From positions 2,730,001 to 2,762,000 of the forward strand of contig NC_022349.1 of assembly GCF_000354175.2 (NCBI RefSeq): a stretch of DNA of 32,000 nt, in the 5' to 3' direction. The position numbers were made by a program, and so were the translations under genes. The notes under the pieces are model-generated. The model searched no databases. It was not told the DNA's origin and was given only the letters and a program-made list of their open reading frames with translations. Below are positions 23,909 through 32,000 of the stretch, one piece after another (the first letter of the stretch is position 1; the number at the start of each line of letters is the position of its first letter). Origin of the DNA: Vibrio alginolyticus NBRC 15630 = ATCC 17749 (GTDB taxonomy: Bacteria; Pseudomonadota; Gammaproteobacteria; Enterobacterales; Vibrionaceae).

Positions 23909-25771
23909 TTATTCGTCTAGGAAGCTGCGCAGAGTCTCTGAGCGGCTTGGGTGACGAAGTTTACGTAGTGCTTTTGCTTCGATCTGACGGATACGCTCAC
24001 GAGTAACGTCGAACTGCTTACCAACTTCTTCTAGAGTATGGTCAGTGTTCATGTCGATACCAAAGCGCATACGAAGTACTTTCGCTTCACGTGGCGTTAG
24101 ACCTGCAAGCACGTCTTTTGTTGCCACTTTAAGGCTAGTTGCTGTTGCAGAATCTAGCGGAAGTTCTAGCGTTGTATCTTCGATAAAATCACCTAGATGC
24201 GAATCTTCGTCGTCACCGATTGGTGTCTCCATTGAGATAGGCTCTTTAGCGATTTTTAGAACTTTACGAATCTTGTCTTCTGGCATTTGCATGCGCTCTG
24301 CCAGTTCTTCCGGTAGTGGCTCGCGACCCATCTCTTGCAACATTTGACGAGAAATACGGTTTAGCTTGTTGATCGTTTCGATCATGTGTACCGGGATACG
24401 AATCGTACGTGCTTGGTCCGCGATTGAACGAGTGATTGCCTGACGGATCCACCACGTTGCGTAAGTCGAGAACTTGTAACCACGACGATATTCGAACTTA
24501 TCTACCGCTTTCATCAGACCGATGTTACCTTCCTGGATCAGATCCAAGAACTGTAGGCCACGGTTGGTGTATTTCTTCGCGATAGAAATTACAAGACGCA
24601 AGTTCGCTTCAACCATCTCTTTCTTCGCACGGCGAGCTTTTGCTTCACCGATAGACATACGACGGCTGATGTCTTTAATGTTCTGTACGTTTAGAGAAGT
24701 CTCTTCTTCAATCATTTTTAGCTTAGCGATTGAACGACGGATTTCTTCTTCGTTACGTTTGATCTTTTCAGCGTATGGCTTGTCTGAAGCAAGAACTTCA
24801 TCCAGCCAAGCTTCACTTGATTCATTACCAGTGAACAGCGCGATGAATGATTTCTTCGGCATTTTGCCGTATTCAACCACTGACTTCATGATCAGACGCT
24901 CTTGTGTACGAACGCGATCCATAGCAGTACGCAGTTCATTCACTAGGTGATCAAACTGTTTAGGCGTTAGACGAAACTCGCGGAATACGTCTAGCATCAT
25001 TTCATTAGCAACGGTTGCTTTCGGGCTGTTATAGCCGTACTCGTTGATTGCTAATTGAAGATTTTGATAGGTGCTGCGTAGTTGGTTGAATTTCTCTAGC
25101 GCTAATTCAGGATCGATACCTACATCTTCTTCAGAATCATCTGAATCGTCATCGCTATCTTCGTCGTCATCAACGTCTTCATCGTCTTCTTCTTCTAACT
25201 GAGATTCAGTCAGTTCAGAACCGATGTGTGTTGCCGTTGGTGCAGCGGTGTCGTCAGCATCTGGATCTACAAAACCTGAAATTAGGTCTGTAAGACGTAG
25301 TTCTTCAGCTTGAACTTTGTCAAATTGCTCAAGAATGTACGGAATTGTGCCTGGGTATTCAGCAACAGACGATTGAACTTGGTTAATACCTTCTTCAATA
25401 CGTTTTGCGATGTCGATTTCGCCTTCGCGAGTTAGAAGTTCGACAGTACCCATCTCACGCATGTACATACGTACTGGGTCTGTTGTACGACCAATCTCAC
25501 TCTCTACGCTAGAAAGTGCAGCGGCTGCAGCTTCGGCTGCATCTTCATCGGTAATATTTGTGTCATCGTTCAGTGCTAAATCATCAGCATCAGGAGCAGT
25601 TTCTACTACCTTAATGCCCATGTCGTTGATCATCTGAATGATGTCTTCTACCTGTTCTGAATCTACGATTTCAGCAGGTAGGTGGTCATTTACTTCGGCG
25701 TAGGTCAGATAGCCTTGTTCCTTGCCTTTAATAACAAGTGACTTTAGCTGTGACTGCGGATTGTGATCCAT
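23909..25771 (-). CDS. rpoD: RNA polymerase sigma factor RpoD (sigma70), 620 aa
   Basis: From the ATG at 25771 it starts [32 protein letters not shown] and is collinear with E. coli RpoD. It includes the acidic non-conserved region and regions 2 to 4. The 19-codon upstream extension to 25828 is rejected. Confidence 0.97.
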   Translation of the reverse strand: MDHNPQSQLKSLVIKGKEQGYLTYAEVNDHLPAEIVDSEQVEDIIQMINDMGIKVVETAPDADDLALNDDTNITDEDAAEAAAAALSSVESEIGRTTDPVRMYMREMGTVELLTREGEIDIAKRIEEGINQVQSSVAEYPGTIPYILEQFDKVQAEELRLTDLISGFVDPDADDTAAPTATHIGSELTESQLEEEDDEDVDDDEDSDDDSDDSEEDVGIDPELALEKFNQLRSTYQNLQLAINEYGYNSPKATVANEMMLDVFREFRLTPKQFDHLVNELRTAMDRVRTQERLIMKSVVEYGKMPKKSFIALFTGNESSEAWLDEVLASDKPYAEKIKRNEEEIRRSIAKLKMIEEETSLNVQNIKDISRRMSIGEAKARRAKKEMVEANLRLVISIAKKYTNRGLQFLDLIQEGNIGLMKAVDKFEYRRGYKFSTYATWWIRQAITRSIADQARTIRIPVHMIETINKLNRISRQMLQEMGREPLPEELAERMQMPEDKIRKVLKIAKEPISMETPIGDDEDSHLGDFIEDTTLELPLDSATATSLKVATKDVLAGLTPREAKVLRMRFGIDMNTDHTLEEVGKQFDVTRERIRQIEAKALRKLRHPSRSETLRSFLDE

Positions 25772-25870
25772 AGACGGTATCCAACTTCGTAATCTGGTGA
25801 AGGAATCAGTATGCGAAATGCAAACCACTTACTATAACAAATTAAATCGTTGCTGACTAATTAAACAGGG

Positions 25871-27637
25871 TTACGCTTTTAAATCTAGCATAAGTGCTAG
25901 CAGCTCCCTTTTCTCTTCGGCTGATAAACCGACACTTCTTGCTTTGGCCTGCAGGTTTTCAATTTGTTTTTCTACGCACTGGGCAATAATTTTATCCAGT
26001 GAGTCTAAAAAGATTTCTTCTTGGTTGTCCTCATCGAGTGGAATGTCCCAACTCGCGAGACGAGACAGAAGGGTCTCATTTTGGCTGTTTCGCCAATGCT
26101 CTAATAATTGGCCTGTGTTGATATGGGGATGCGCTTGGCATTTATCAAGTACATCAACAAATAAACTTAGACCAGGAATGGGCAAATCTCTAACGCTAGT
26201 TAGATCTGGCACCATACTTACGTATTGTGGGTTTTGAATCAGTAACGCGATCACTTCTCGCATCGGCGTTCGCTTGATTTCTTTATGAGGTTGAGGCCTT
26301 TTATCCTCTTTACCTTGTTTTGAAATTAGCTGCTGTAGTTGGCGTTCATCAACCAAACCCAAACGGCGGCCAAGCAATTCTCTCAAGTATAGTCTTAAAG
26401 TGCCGCCAGGGACTTTATCAATGAGAGGAACCGCAAGAGTACTCAGTTTTGCCATGCCTTCTTTCGTGCTCATATCGACCTGCTGAGTCAATGAGCTGAA
26501 CATGAATTCAGACAAGGGCATCGCATTAGACACTTGCTGCTCAAATGCTTGTTTTCCGTTTTGTCGGATATAAGAGTCGGGATCTTCTCCATCCGGCAAA
26601 AACATGAATTTTAACTGGCGACCATCAGTTAGGTAAGGCAATGCATTTTCCATGGCACGCCACGCGGCTTCACGGCCTGCGCGGTCACCGTCATAACAAC
26701 ACACGACGGTGCTTGTTTGCCTGAATAACACTTGCAAGTGATCGCCCGTTGTCGAGGTTCCCAATGAGGCAACGGAATAATCTACGCCATATTGAGCAAG
26801 CGCGACAACATCCATATAGCCTTCAACCACTAAAATTTGTGGTGGCTCACGGTACGCTTGTAGTACTTCATAAAGGCCATACAACTCTTTACCTTTATGA
26901 AATATCGGGGTTTCGGGTGAGTTGAGATATTTTGGTGTCCCATCACCTAATACTCTACCACCAAAGCCTATTACTCGGCCGCGTCTGTCTCGAATAGGAA
27001 ACATCACTCGACCACGGAATCGGTCGTAGCGGTTGCCTTTATCGTTTTCAATCAACATGCCGCCTGTGACGAGCATGTCTTGGTTTTCTTTATTTTGGCC
27101 AAAGTTCTTACGAACTAAATCCCATTCATCAGCCACATAGCCGATGCCAAACTTCTGGACGATTTCACCAGACAGGCCGCGATCTTTTAGATACTCAATC
27201 GCCACCTTACTTGCTGGCTGTTTGAGTTGGTTACGATAAAATTGAGCAATGCTGCCCATTAAGTCGTACAGGTTACGTTTTTCACTGCTGCTTGCTTGTG
27301 GGCCTGACTGAAACGAACCATTACCGCCGCTACGTTGTTCGCGAGGAACATCTAAACCCAAGTATGAAGCGAGTTCTTCAATGGCTTCGACGAATTCTAG
27401 TCGGTCGAATTCCATCAAAAAATCGATGGCATTTCCATGCGCGCCACAACCAAAACAATGGTAGAACTGCTTTTCTTGACTGACACTGAATGAGGGTGTC
27501 TTTTCGTTATGGAACGGGCAGCATGCGCCGTAGTTTTTGCCTTTTTTCTTAAGTTTCACACGTGCGTCGATGATATCGACAATATCAAGTCGAGCTAGAA
27601 GGTCATCGATAAAACTGCGAGGGATGTGTCCAGCCAT
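25871..27637 (-). CDS. dnaG: DNA primase DnaG
   Basis: From the ATG at 27637 it starts MAGHIPRSFIDDLLARLDIVDIID and has the zinc-ribbon CCPFHNEKTPSF..HCFGCGAHG and a TOPRIM domain (LVVEGYMDVVAL). The TTG at 27649 is rejected. Confidence 0.96.
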   Translation of the reverse strand: MAGHIPRSFIDDLLARLDIVDIIDARVKLKKKGKNYGACCPFHNEKTPSFSVSQEKQFYHCFGCGAHGNAIDFLMEFDRLEFVEAIEELASYLGLDVPREQRSGGNGSFQSGPQASSSEKRNLYDLMGSIAQFYRNQLKQPASKVAIEYLKDRGLSGEIVQKFGIGYVADEWDLVRKNFGQNKENQDMLVTGGMLIENDKGNRYDRFRGRVMFPIRDRRGRVIGFGGRVLGDGTPKYLNSPETPIFHKGKELYGLYEVLQAYREPPQILVVEGYMDVVALAQYGVDYSVASLGTSTTGDHLQVLFRQTSTVVCCYDGDRAGREAAWRAMENALPYLTDGRQLKFMFLPDGEDPDSYIRQNGKQAFEQQVSNAMPLSEFMFSSLTQQVDMSTKEGMAKLSTLAVPLIDKVPGGTLRLYLRELLGRRLGLVDERQLQQLISKQGKEDKRPQPHKEIKRTPMREVIALLIQNPQYVSMVPDLTSVRDLPIPGLSLFVDVLDKCQAHPHINTGQLLEHWRNSQNETLLSRLASWDIPLDEDNQEEIFLDSLDKIIAQCVEKQIENLQAKARSVGLSAEEKRELLALMLDLKA

Positions 27638-27728
27638 AAAACCTAACAAAAAAAGAAGATGATGAGTGGAGTGAATGCCTTAAAAGAATGAGCGTATTGC
27701 CCATTGATTTCATTCCATCCATCCAGAT

Positions 27729-27766
27729 ACAAACAAGCCGTGCGCTCCAAAGGATAGCACGGCTTG
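27729..27766 (-). terminator. Internal attenuator/terminator hairpin upstream of dnaG
   Basis: Perfect 10-bp stem caagccgtgc (27734-27743) pairs with gcacggcttg (27757-27766) around a 13-nt loop. On the minus strand it is followed by tttgtat. Its position recalls the partial terminator that precedes dnaG in the E. coli rpsU-dnaG-rpoD operon. Confidence 0.55.
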
Positions 27767-27786
27767 CTGCAATTGGGTGGGGTACC

Positions 27787-28230
27787 TTAAGCCAATTTAG
27801 CGCGAACTAAACCGCTTACTTTACCCATATCTGCACGCCCTTGAATTTGCGGTTTCAGAACGCCCATTACTTTGCCCATGTCTTGCATGCCAGCTGCGCC
27901 AGATTCAGCAATCGCGTTCTCGATGAGAGCCGCTACTTCTTCGTCTGTCAGTGGTTGAGGCATAAAGTCCTCAAGAACGGTAATTTCTGCTTGTTCCGCA
28001 TCAGCAAGATCTTGACGACCCGCTGCTTCAAACTGCGCTACAGAGTCGCGACGTTGTTTAACCATCTTGGTCAATACTGCAAGAATGTCGTCATCGTTCA
28101 GAGTAATCTGTTCGTCAACTTCACGTTGCTTGATTGCTGATAGGGCTAAACGAATAGTACCAAGGCGCAATTTGTCCTTGGCTTTCATCGCTAATTTTTG
28201 CTCTTCTTTGAGTTGATCAATCAGAGCCAT
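27787..28230 (-). CDS. yqeY: GatB/YqeY-domain protein
   Basis: The 147-aa product (MALIDQLKEEQKLAMKAKDKLRLGTIRLALSAIKQREVD...) is typical of the YqeY family. It sits between rpsU and dnaG. Confidence 0.88.
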   Translation of the reverse strand: MALIDQLKEEQKLAMKAKDKLRLGTIRLALSAIKQREVDEQITLNDDDILAVLTKMVKQRRDSVAQFEAAGRQDLADAEQAEITVLEDFMPQPLTDEEVAALIENAIAESGAAGMQDMGKVMGVLKPQIQGRADMGKVSGLVRAKLA

Positions 28231-28257
28231 AACTAAATTCCTTTTGGAGCTCAGTTA

Positions 28258-28473
28258 TTAGTACAGGCGAACGCGACGAGCGTTTTCGCGAGCTAGCTTC
28301 TTAGCGTGACGCTTTTGAGCTGCTGCTTTAGCGCGTTTGCGAACTGTAGTTGGTTTTTCGTAGTGCTCACGACGACGCACTTCAGAAAGGATACCTGCTT
28401 TTTCGCAAGAGCGCTTAAAACGACGTAGAGCAACGTCGAACGGTTCGTTTTCACGTACTTTAACTACTGGCAT
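28258..28473 (-). CDS. rpsU: 30S ribosomal protein S21
   Basis: 71 aa, [42 protein letters not shown]..., nearly identical to enterobacterial S21. Confidence 0.98.
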
Positions 28474-28703
28474 ATGCCTTTCACCTCAGGGGTTATTCGT
28501 TAACGCTGGTATTCAACAGACCAAATCACAATTGTTAGGTCTCTTACCAGCTTGATCAAAAATGGTGCGGAATTTTAATCCGATCACAACTACTTTGTAA
28601 AGCCTTTTGTCGATTATTGTCTGTACAAAATTTGTTTGCAGCACCAAGGCGAGGTAATATGACGCCCAAATTTCCTCTATACAGAAAGCATACTGAGAAA
28701 ACC

Positions 28704-29720
28704 ATGCGCATTATTGGTATTGAAACCTCTTGTGACGAGACTGGCATCGCAATTTATGACGATGAAAACGGTCTCTTGTCACACAAGCTATATAGCCAAG
28801 TAAAACTGCACGCAGATTACGGCGGTGTGGTGCCTGAGTTGGCTTCACGTGACCACGTAAAGAAAACCATTCCTCTTATTAAAGAGGCACTAAAAGAAGC
28901 GAACTTAACTTCAAAAGACATCGATGGTGTCGCGTATACCGCGGGGCCTGGTCTTGTTGGGGCGCTATTAGTGGGTGCGACTATCGGTCGCAGTATTGCT
29001 TATGCTTGGGGAGTGCCAGCGGTACCTGTTCATCATATGGAAGGTCACCTATTGGCCCCAATGTTGGAAGATAACCCTCCACCGTTCCCGTTTGTGGCGG
29101 TATTAGTATCGGGCGGTCACTCTATGATGGTGGAAGTGAGAGGCATCGGTGAGTACAAAATTCTAGGTGAGTCGATTGATGATGCGGCGGGCGAAGCGTT
29201 TGATAAAACAGCGAAGCTAATGGGTTTGGATTACCCAGGCGGTCCACTATTATCTAAACTGGCGGAAAAAGGTACACCGGGCCGCTTTAAGTTCCCGCGC
29301 CCAATGACGAATGTGCCAGGTTTGGACATGAGTTTCTCTGGTCTAAAAACCTTTACGGCTAACACGATTGCTGCAAACGGTGATGACGAGCAAACCCGCG
29401 CGGACATCGCATTGGCATTTGAAGAGGCTGTGTGTGCTACGTTGGCTATTAAATGTAAGCGCGCGCTTGAGCAAACAGGCATGAAACGCATTGTTATTGC
29501 TGGTGGTGTGAGTGCTAACCGTCGTTTGCGAGCTGAGTTAGAGAAGTTAGCGAAGAAAGTTGGCGGCGAAGTTTACTACCCACGTACTGAGTTCTGTACA
29601 GATAACGGTGCGATGATCGCTTACGCAGGCATGCAGCGCTTGAAGAATGGCGAAGTGGCTGATATGTCAGTAGAGGCTCGTCCACGTTGGCCAATTGATC
29701 AACTAACACCTGTCGCTTAG
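28704..29720 (+). CDS. tsaD: tRNA N6-adenosine threonylcarbamoyltransferase TsaD (Gcp/YgjD)
   Basis: From the ATG at 28704 it starts [19 protein letters not shown]. It has the HHMEGH metal-binding motif and is divergent from rpsU, as in enterobacteria. The 29-codon extension to 28617 is rejected. Confidence 0.96.
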   Translation: MRIIGIETSCDETGIAIYDDENGLLSHKLYSQVKLHADYGGVVPELASRDHVKKTIPLIKEALKEANLTSKDIDGVAYTAGPGLVGALLVGATIGRSIAYAWGVPAVPVHHMEGHLLAPMLEDNPPPFPFVAVLVSGGHSMMVEVRGIGEYKILGESIDDAAGEAFDKTAKLMGLDYPGGPLLSKLAEKGTPGRFKFPRPMTNVPGLDMSFSGLKTFTANTIAANGDDEQTRADIALAFEEAVCATLAIKCKRALEQTGMKRIVIAGGVSANRRLRAELEKLAKKVGGEVYYPRTEFCTDNGAMIAYAGMQRLKNGEVADMSVEARPRWPIDQLTPVA

Positions 29721-29760
29721 TCAAATTTATGCGGTAGGTTTGAAACCGGTTCTTTGTAAT

Positions 29761-29794
29761 AAAGGTCTCTGCTCCTCAGAGGCCTTTATTTTTA
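29761..29794 (+). terminator. Rho-independent terminator of tsaD
   Basis: 11-bp stem aaaggtctctg (29761-29771) pairs with cagaggccttt (29777-29787), with one G-U pair, followed by atttttaa. Confidence 0.8.
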
Positions 29795-29884
29795 ATTATT
29801 CAATGAACCGCCTCGTTTTACATTCTGACTGATGCGATCAGTTCGCGATTGTTTCAGTGCTAGGATGACGTGGAAGAATAAGAA

Positions 29885-30712
29885 ATGGATATAACAATGA
29901 ATAAGTTTGAAATTGAAGGTCAGCAACTTGCTTATCTAGATAAAGGTGAGGGCCCTGTGCTTCTATTTGGTCATAGTTACCTTTGGGATAGCCAAATGTG
30001 GGCGCCACAAGTTGAGGTTTTAAGCCAGTCATTCCGTTGTATTGTGCCAGATCTTTGGGCACATGGTGAATCGGACGCTGCACCTGCATCGACACAGTCA
30101 TTGGCCGACTATGCACAACATATGTTGGCATTGATGGATCATTTAGATATCGAAGAATTCTCGATAGTGGGCTTATCTGTTGGCGGCATGTGGGGAGCTG
30201 AGCTAACGGCTCAAGCGCCGCAACGTGTTAAGTCACTGGTATTGATGGATACCTTCATTGGCTGGGAGCCAGAAGTTACGTATAAAAAGTATTTTGCAAT
30301 GCTTGATACCATCAGCCAAGTCCAAGCAGTGCCTGCGCCAATTATTGAAGCCGTTGTGCCGCTGTTCTTTGCCAACAACGTCAATCAGGATAACCCTAAA
30401 CTTGTCGCTTCATTCAAACGCAGTTTAGAAGAGCTGAACGGTGAGCGTGCGGTGGAAGTAGCTCGCATGGGGCGCATGGTGTTTGGTCGCCGTGATGTGA
30501 TTGAAGATTCGGAAAAATTCGCTCTGCCGACGTTAATTGCGGTGGGCTGTGAAGATAAGCCTCGCCCGGTTTTCGAATCGTATTTAATGAAAGACTGTAT
30601 CACGGGCAGTGAGTTGGTAGAAATTCCGCAAGCGGGACACATCAGTTGTTTAGAACAGCCGGAGTTCGTCAACCAAATGTTGTTGAACTTCCTGAATCGA
30701 GTTCATGCGTAA
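29885..30712 (+). CDS. Alpha/beta-fold hydrolase (unknown substrate)
   Basis: Oxyanion-hole HS (LLFGHSYL), nucleophile elbow GLSVGG, and a C-terminal acid/His pair (GCEDKP, AGHISCLEQP). The start could also be the ATG at 29897. Confidence 0.8.
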   Translation: MDITMNKFEIEGQQLAYLDKGEGPVLLFGHSYLWDSQMWAPQVEVLSQSFRCIVPDLWAHGESDAAPASTQSLADYAQHMLALMDHLDIEEFSIVGLSVGGMWGAELTAQAPQRVKSLVLMDTFIGWEPEVTYKKYFAMLDTISQVQAVPAPIIEAVVPLFFANNVNQDNPKLVASFKRSLEELNGERAVEVARMGRMVFGRRDVIEDSEKFALPTLIAVGCEDKPRPVFESYLMKDCITGSELVEIPQAGHISCLEQPEFVNQMLLNFLNRVHA

Positions 30713-30734
30713 CCAATGCATCCCTCTTTAAACG

Positions 30735-30763
30735 AAAAACTCGGCATTAAGCCGAGTTTTTTT
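30735..30763. terminator. Bidirectional terminator shared by the hydrolase gene and plsY
   Basis: aaaaa-ctcggc-attaa-gccgag-ttttttt. The plsY stop codon (30747-30749) lies in the hairpin loop. Confidence 0.8.
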
Positions 30764-31358
30764 GTGTCAGTTTCTTCTCGCCGATTTTTGGCTCGTCGCC
30801 AGACAAAAGCCGACGAATATTTTGATGATGCTTAAATACGATTAAGCAACACAGCATAGCAACAGGTAACGTGTATTGCGGTTTAAACATCCAAGTATAA
30901 AACGGAGTGACCAAAACCGTGACGAGAGCCGCTAAGGATGAATAGCGGAATAGCGCGGCTACTGACAGCCAAGTTAACATCACCAATCCTGTTAAGTCCA
31001 AACCAATCGGAGCGATAGCGCCAAGCGCGGTTGCGACACCTTTTCCGCCTTTAAAGTGGAAAAAGATGGGGTACATGTGGCCAAGACAGGCAGCAATGGC
31101 GATGACGCCAAGAATGATAGGGTCGATACCAAGAAAGTATCCGCCCCACACGGGGATAGTGCCTTTGAGCATATCGCACAACAAGACTGAAACAGCGGCT
31201 CCTCGTCCGCCAATACGCAATACGTTCGTTGCTCCAGGATTGTTAGATCCCACACTGCGTGGGTCTGGCAGTTTTAAGAGTCGACAGATCAAAACCGCAC
31301 TGGAAACCGAACCTAATAAATAGGCGGCCATTGTCATTATCAGTGCCAGTGCGTCCAT
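30747..31358 (-). CDS. plsY: Glycerol-3-phosphate acyltransferase PlsY
   Basis: A 203-aa polytopic membrane protein with PlsY motifs ([21 protein letters not shown]). Confidence 0.93.
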   Translation of the reverse strand: MDALALIMTMAAYLLGSVSSAVLICRLLKLPDPRSVGSNNPGATNVLRIGGRGAAVSVLLCDMLKGTIPVWGGYFLGIDPIILGVIAIAACLGHMYPIFFHFKGGKGVATALGAIAPIGLDLTGLVMLTWLSVAALFRYSSLAALVTVLVTPFYTWMFKPQYTLPVAMLCCLIVFKHHQNIRRLLSGDEPKIGEKKLTQKNSA

Positions 31359-31424
31359 AGAAGTCCTTGATGGATTGGAATTTAATGCTCGGTTCCCGCG
31401 TAGTTGCTATCATACCCCGAATTT

Positions 31425-31467
31425 ACATAATGCAGAAATCCTCACTGTGATAGAGCTTGCATTATGT
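31425..31467. repeat. 10-bp perfect inverted repeat in the plsY<>folB intergenic region
   Basis: acataatgca (31425-31434) and tgcattatgt (31458-31467) are separated by a 23-nt spacer. Confidence 0.6.
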
Positions 31468-31499
31468 GATTTCTTGTATATAAAGATGCTTTCGCAGTT

Positions 31500-31548
31500 T
31501 ATACCTAAGTAACATTGTGATGACCAAAGTAAATGTTACTTAGGTATA
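31500..31548. repeat. 16-bp perfect inverted repeat in the plsY<>folB intergenic region
   Basis: tatacctaagtaacat (31500-31515) and atgttacttaggtata (31533-31548) are exact reverse complements with a 17-nt spacer. Neither side has a U-tract. Confidence 0.7.
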
Positions 31549-31608
31549 GAATACTACGATCAAATTACCCCTCACGGGTATCCGACCTCTGTAATAGAAG
31601 GACATAAG

Positions 31609-31968
31609 ATGGCTCTGGATAAAGTTTTTATTGAACAGTTAGAAGTAATCACCACAATTGGCGTGTACGACTGGGAGCAACAAATCAAACAAAAGTTGGT
31701 TCTAGATATTGAAATGGCACACGATAATAAACCTGCGGGCAAAAGTGATGATGTGCAAGATGCACTGGATTATTCGCAGGTGAGTGAGGCGGTACTTAAC
31801 CACATTGAAAATGGTCGTTTCTTACTGGTCGAGCGCGTGGCTGAAGAAGTAGCAGAGCTTATCATGCTGCGTTTCTCAGTGCCTTGGGTGAAAATCCGCC
31901 TAGCGAAGCCTGGCGCCGTGCCGCAAGCACGTGCTGTTGGTGTGGTAATTGAGCGAGGCCGAGCATGA
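31609..31968 (+). CDS. folB: Dihydroneopterin aldolase
   Basis: The 119-aa product (VFIEQLEVITTIGVYDWEQQIKQKLVLDIEM...) is typical FolB. GAAGGA Shine-Dalgarno upstream. Confidence 0.92.
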   Translation: MALDKVFIEQLEVITTIGVYDWEQQIKQKLVLDIEMAHDNKPAGKSDDVQDALDYSQVSEAVLNHIENGRFLLVERVAEEVAELIMLRFSVPWVKIRLAKPGAVPQARAVGVVIERGRA

Positions 31969-32000
31969 TCACCACCTATATCGGTGTTGGGACGAACGTA
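31965..32000 (+). CDS. folK: 2-amino-4-hydroxy-6-hydroxymethyldihydropteridine diphosphokinase, 5' fragment (continues beyond the window)
   Basis: The ATG at 31965 overlaps the folB stop (ATGA). The 12 visible codons, MITTYIGVGTNV, match the conserved FolK N-terminus (xYIaiGSNl). Confidence 0.6.
   Translation, partial: MITTYIGVGTNV

Noticed and set aside
1-32000. CRISPR arrays, rRNA genes, IS elements, prophage or defence islands
   Set aside because: I saw no regularly spaced direct repeats, no rRNA-like sequence, no transposase or integrase ORFs, and no cluster of unrecognisable genes. Nearly every ORF longer than 90 aa outside another gene has a confident housekeeping or metabolic assignment.

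Overview
This window reads as conserved core chromosome of a Vibrio-like gammaproteobacterium. The evidence is protein identities and gene order; no database search was possible. Left to right: a partial PAS-GGDEF diguanylate cyclase, a GntR/FCD regulator and pykF. Next come a DeoR-type regulator directly upstream of glmS and a glycerol/dihydroxyacetone module (gldA <> dhaKLM, convergent dhaR). Then follow the mannitol operon (mtlA-mtlD-mtlR, minus strand), an OlsF-like two-domain acyltransferase, a SIMPL/DUF541 protein, a small two-TM protein and an orphan MetQ-like lipoprotein. The right end holds an ileX-like tRNA(CAU), the macromolecular-synthesis operon (rpsU-yqeY-dnaG-rpoD, minus strand), then tsaD, an alpha/beta hydrolase, plsY, folB and the first codons of folK. 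Seven track ORFs carry false N-terminal extensions (pykF, glmS, mtlA, olsF-like, rpoD, dnaG, tsaD), which I trimmed to ATG starts with Shine-Dalgarno support and homologue-like N-termini. I found no CRISPR array, transposase, integrase, phage gene, toxin-antitoxin pair or defence-like cluster. I therefore do not claim a novel multi-gene system. The items most worth a second look are regulatory or architectural:
- a 799-aa DhaM carrying a complete Enzyme I
- a perfect 16-bp inverted-repeat pair in the gldA/dhaK control region, next to a DhaR that lacks GAFTGA
- a candidate MtlS-like cis-antisense RNA over the mtlA leader, plus CRP-like sites upstream
- the OlsF-like gene with a Pho-box-like promoter
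- tandem MetJ boxes at the orphan metQ
- TTTCG/CGAAA repeats in front of the DeoR-glmS pair
- two perfect inverted repeats between plsY and folB
Two classic integration hotspots, downstream of glmS and next to the tRNA(CAU), look unoccupied.
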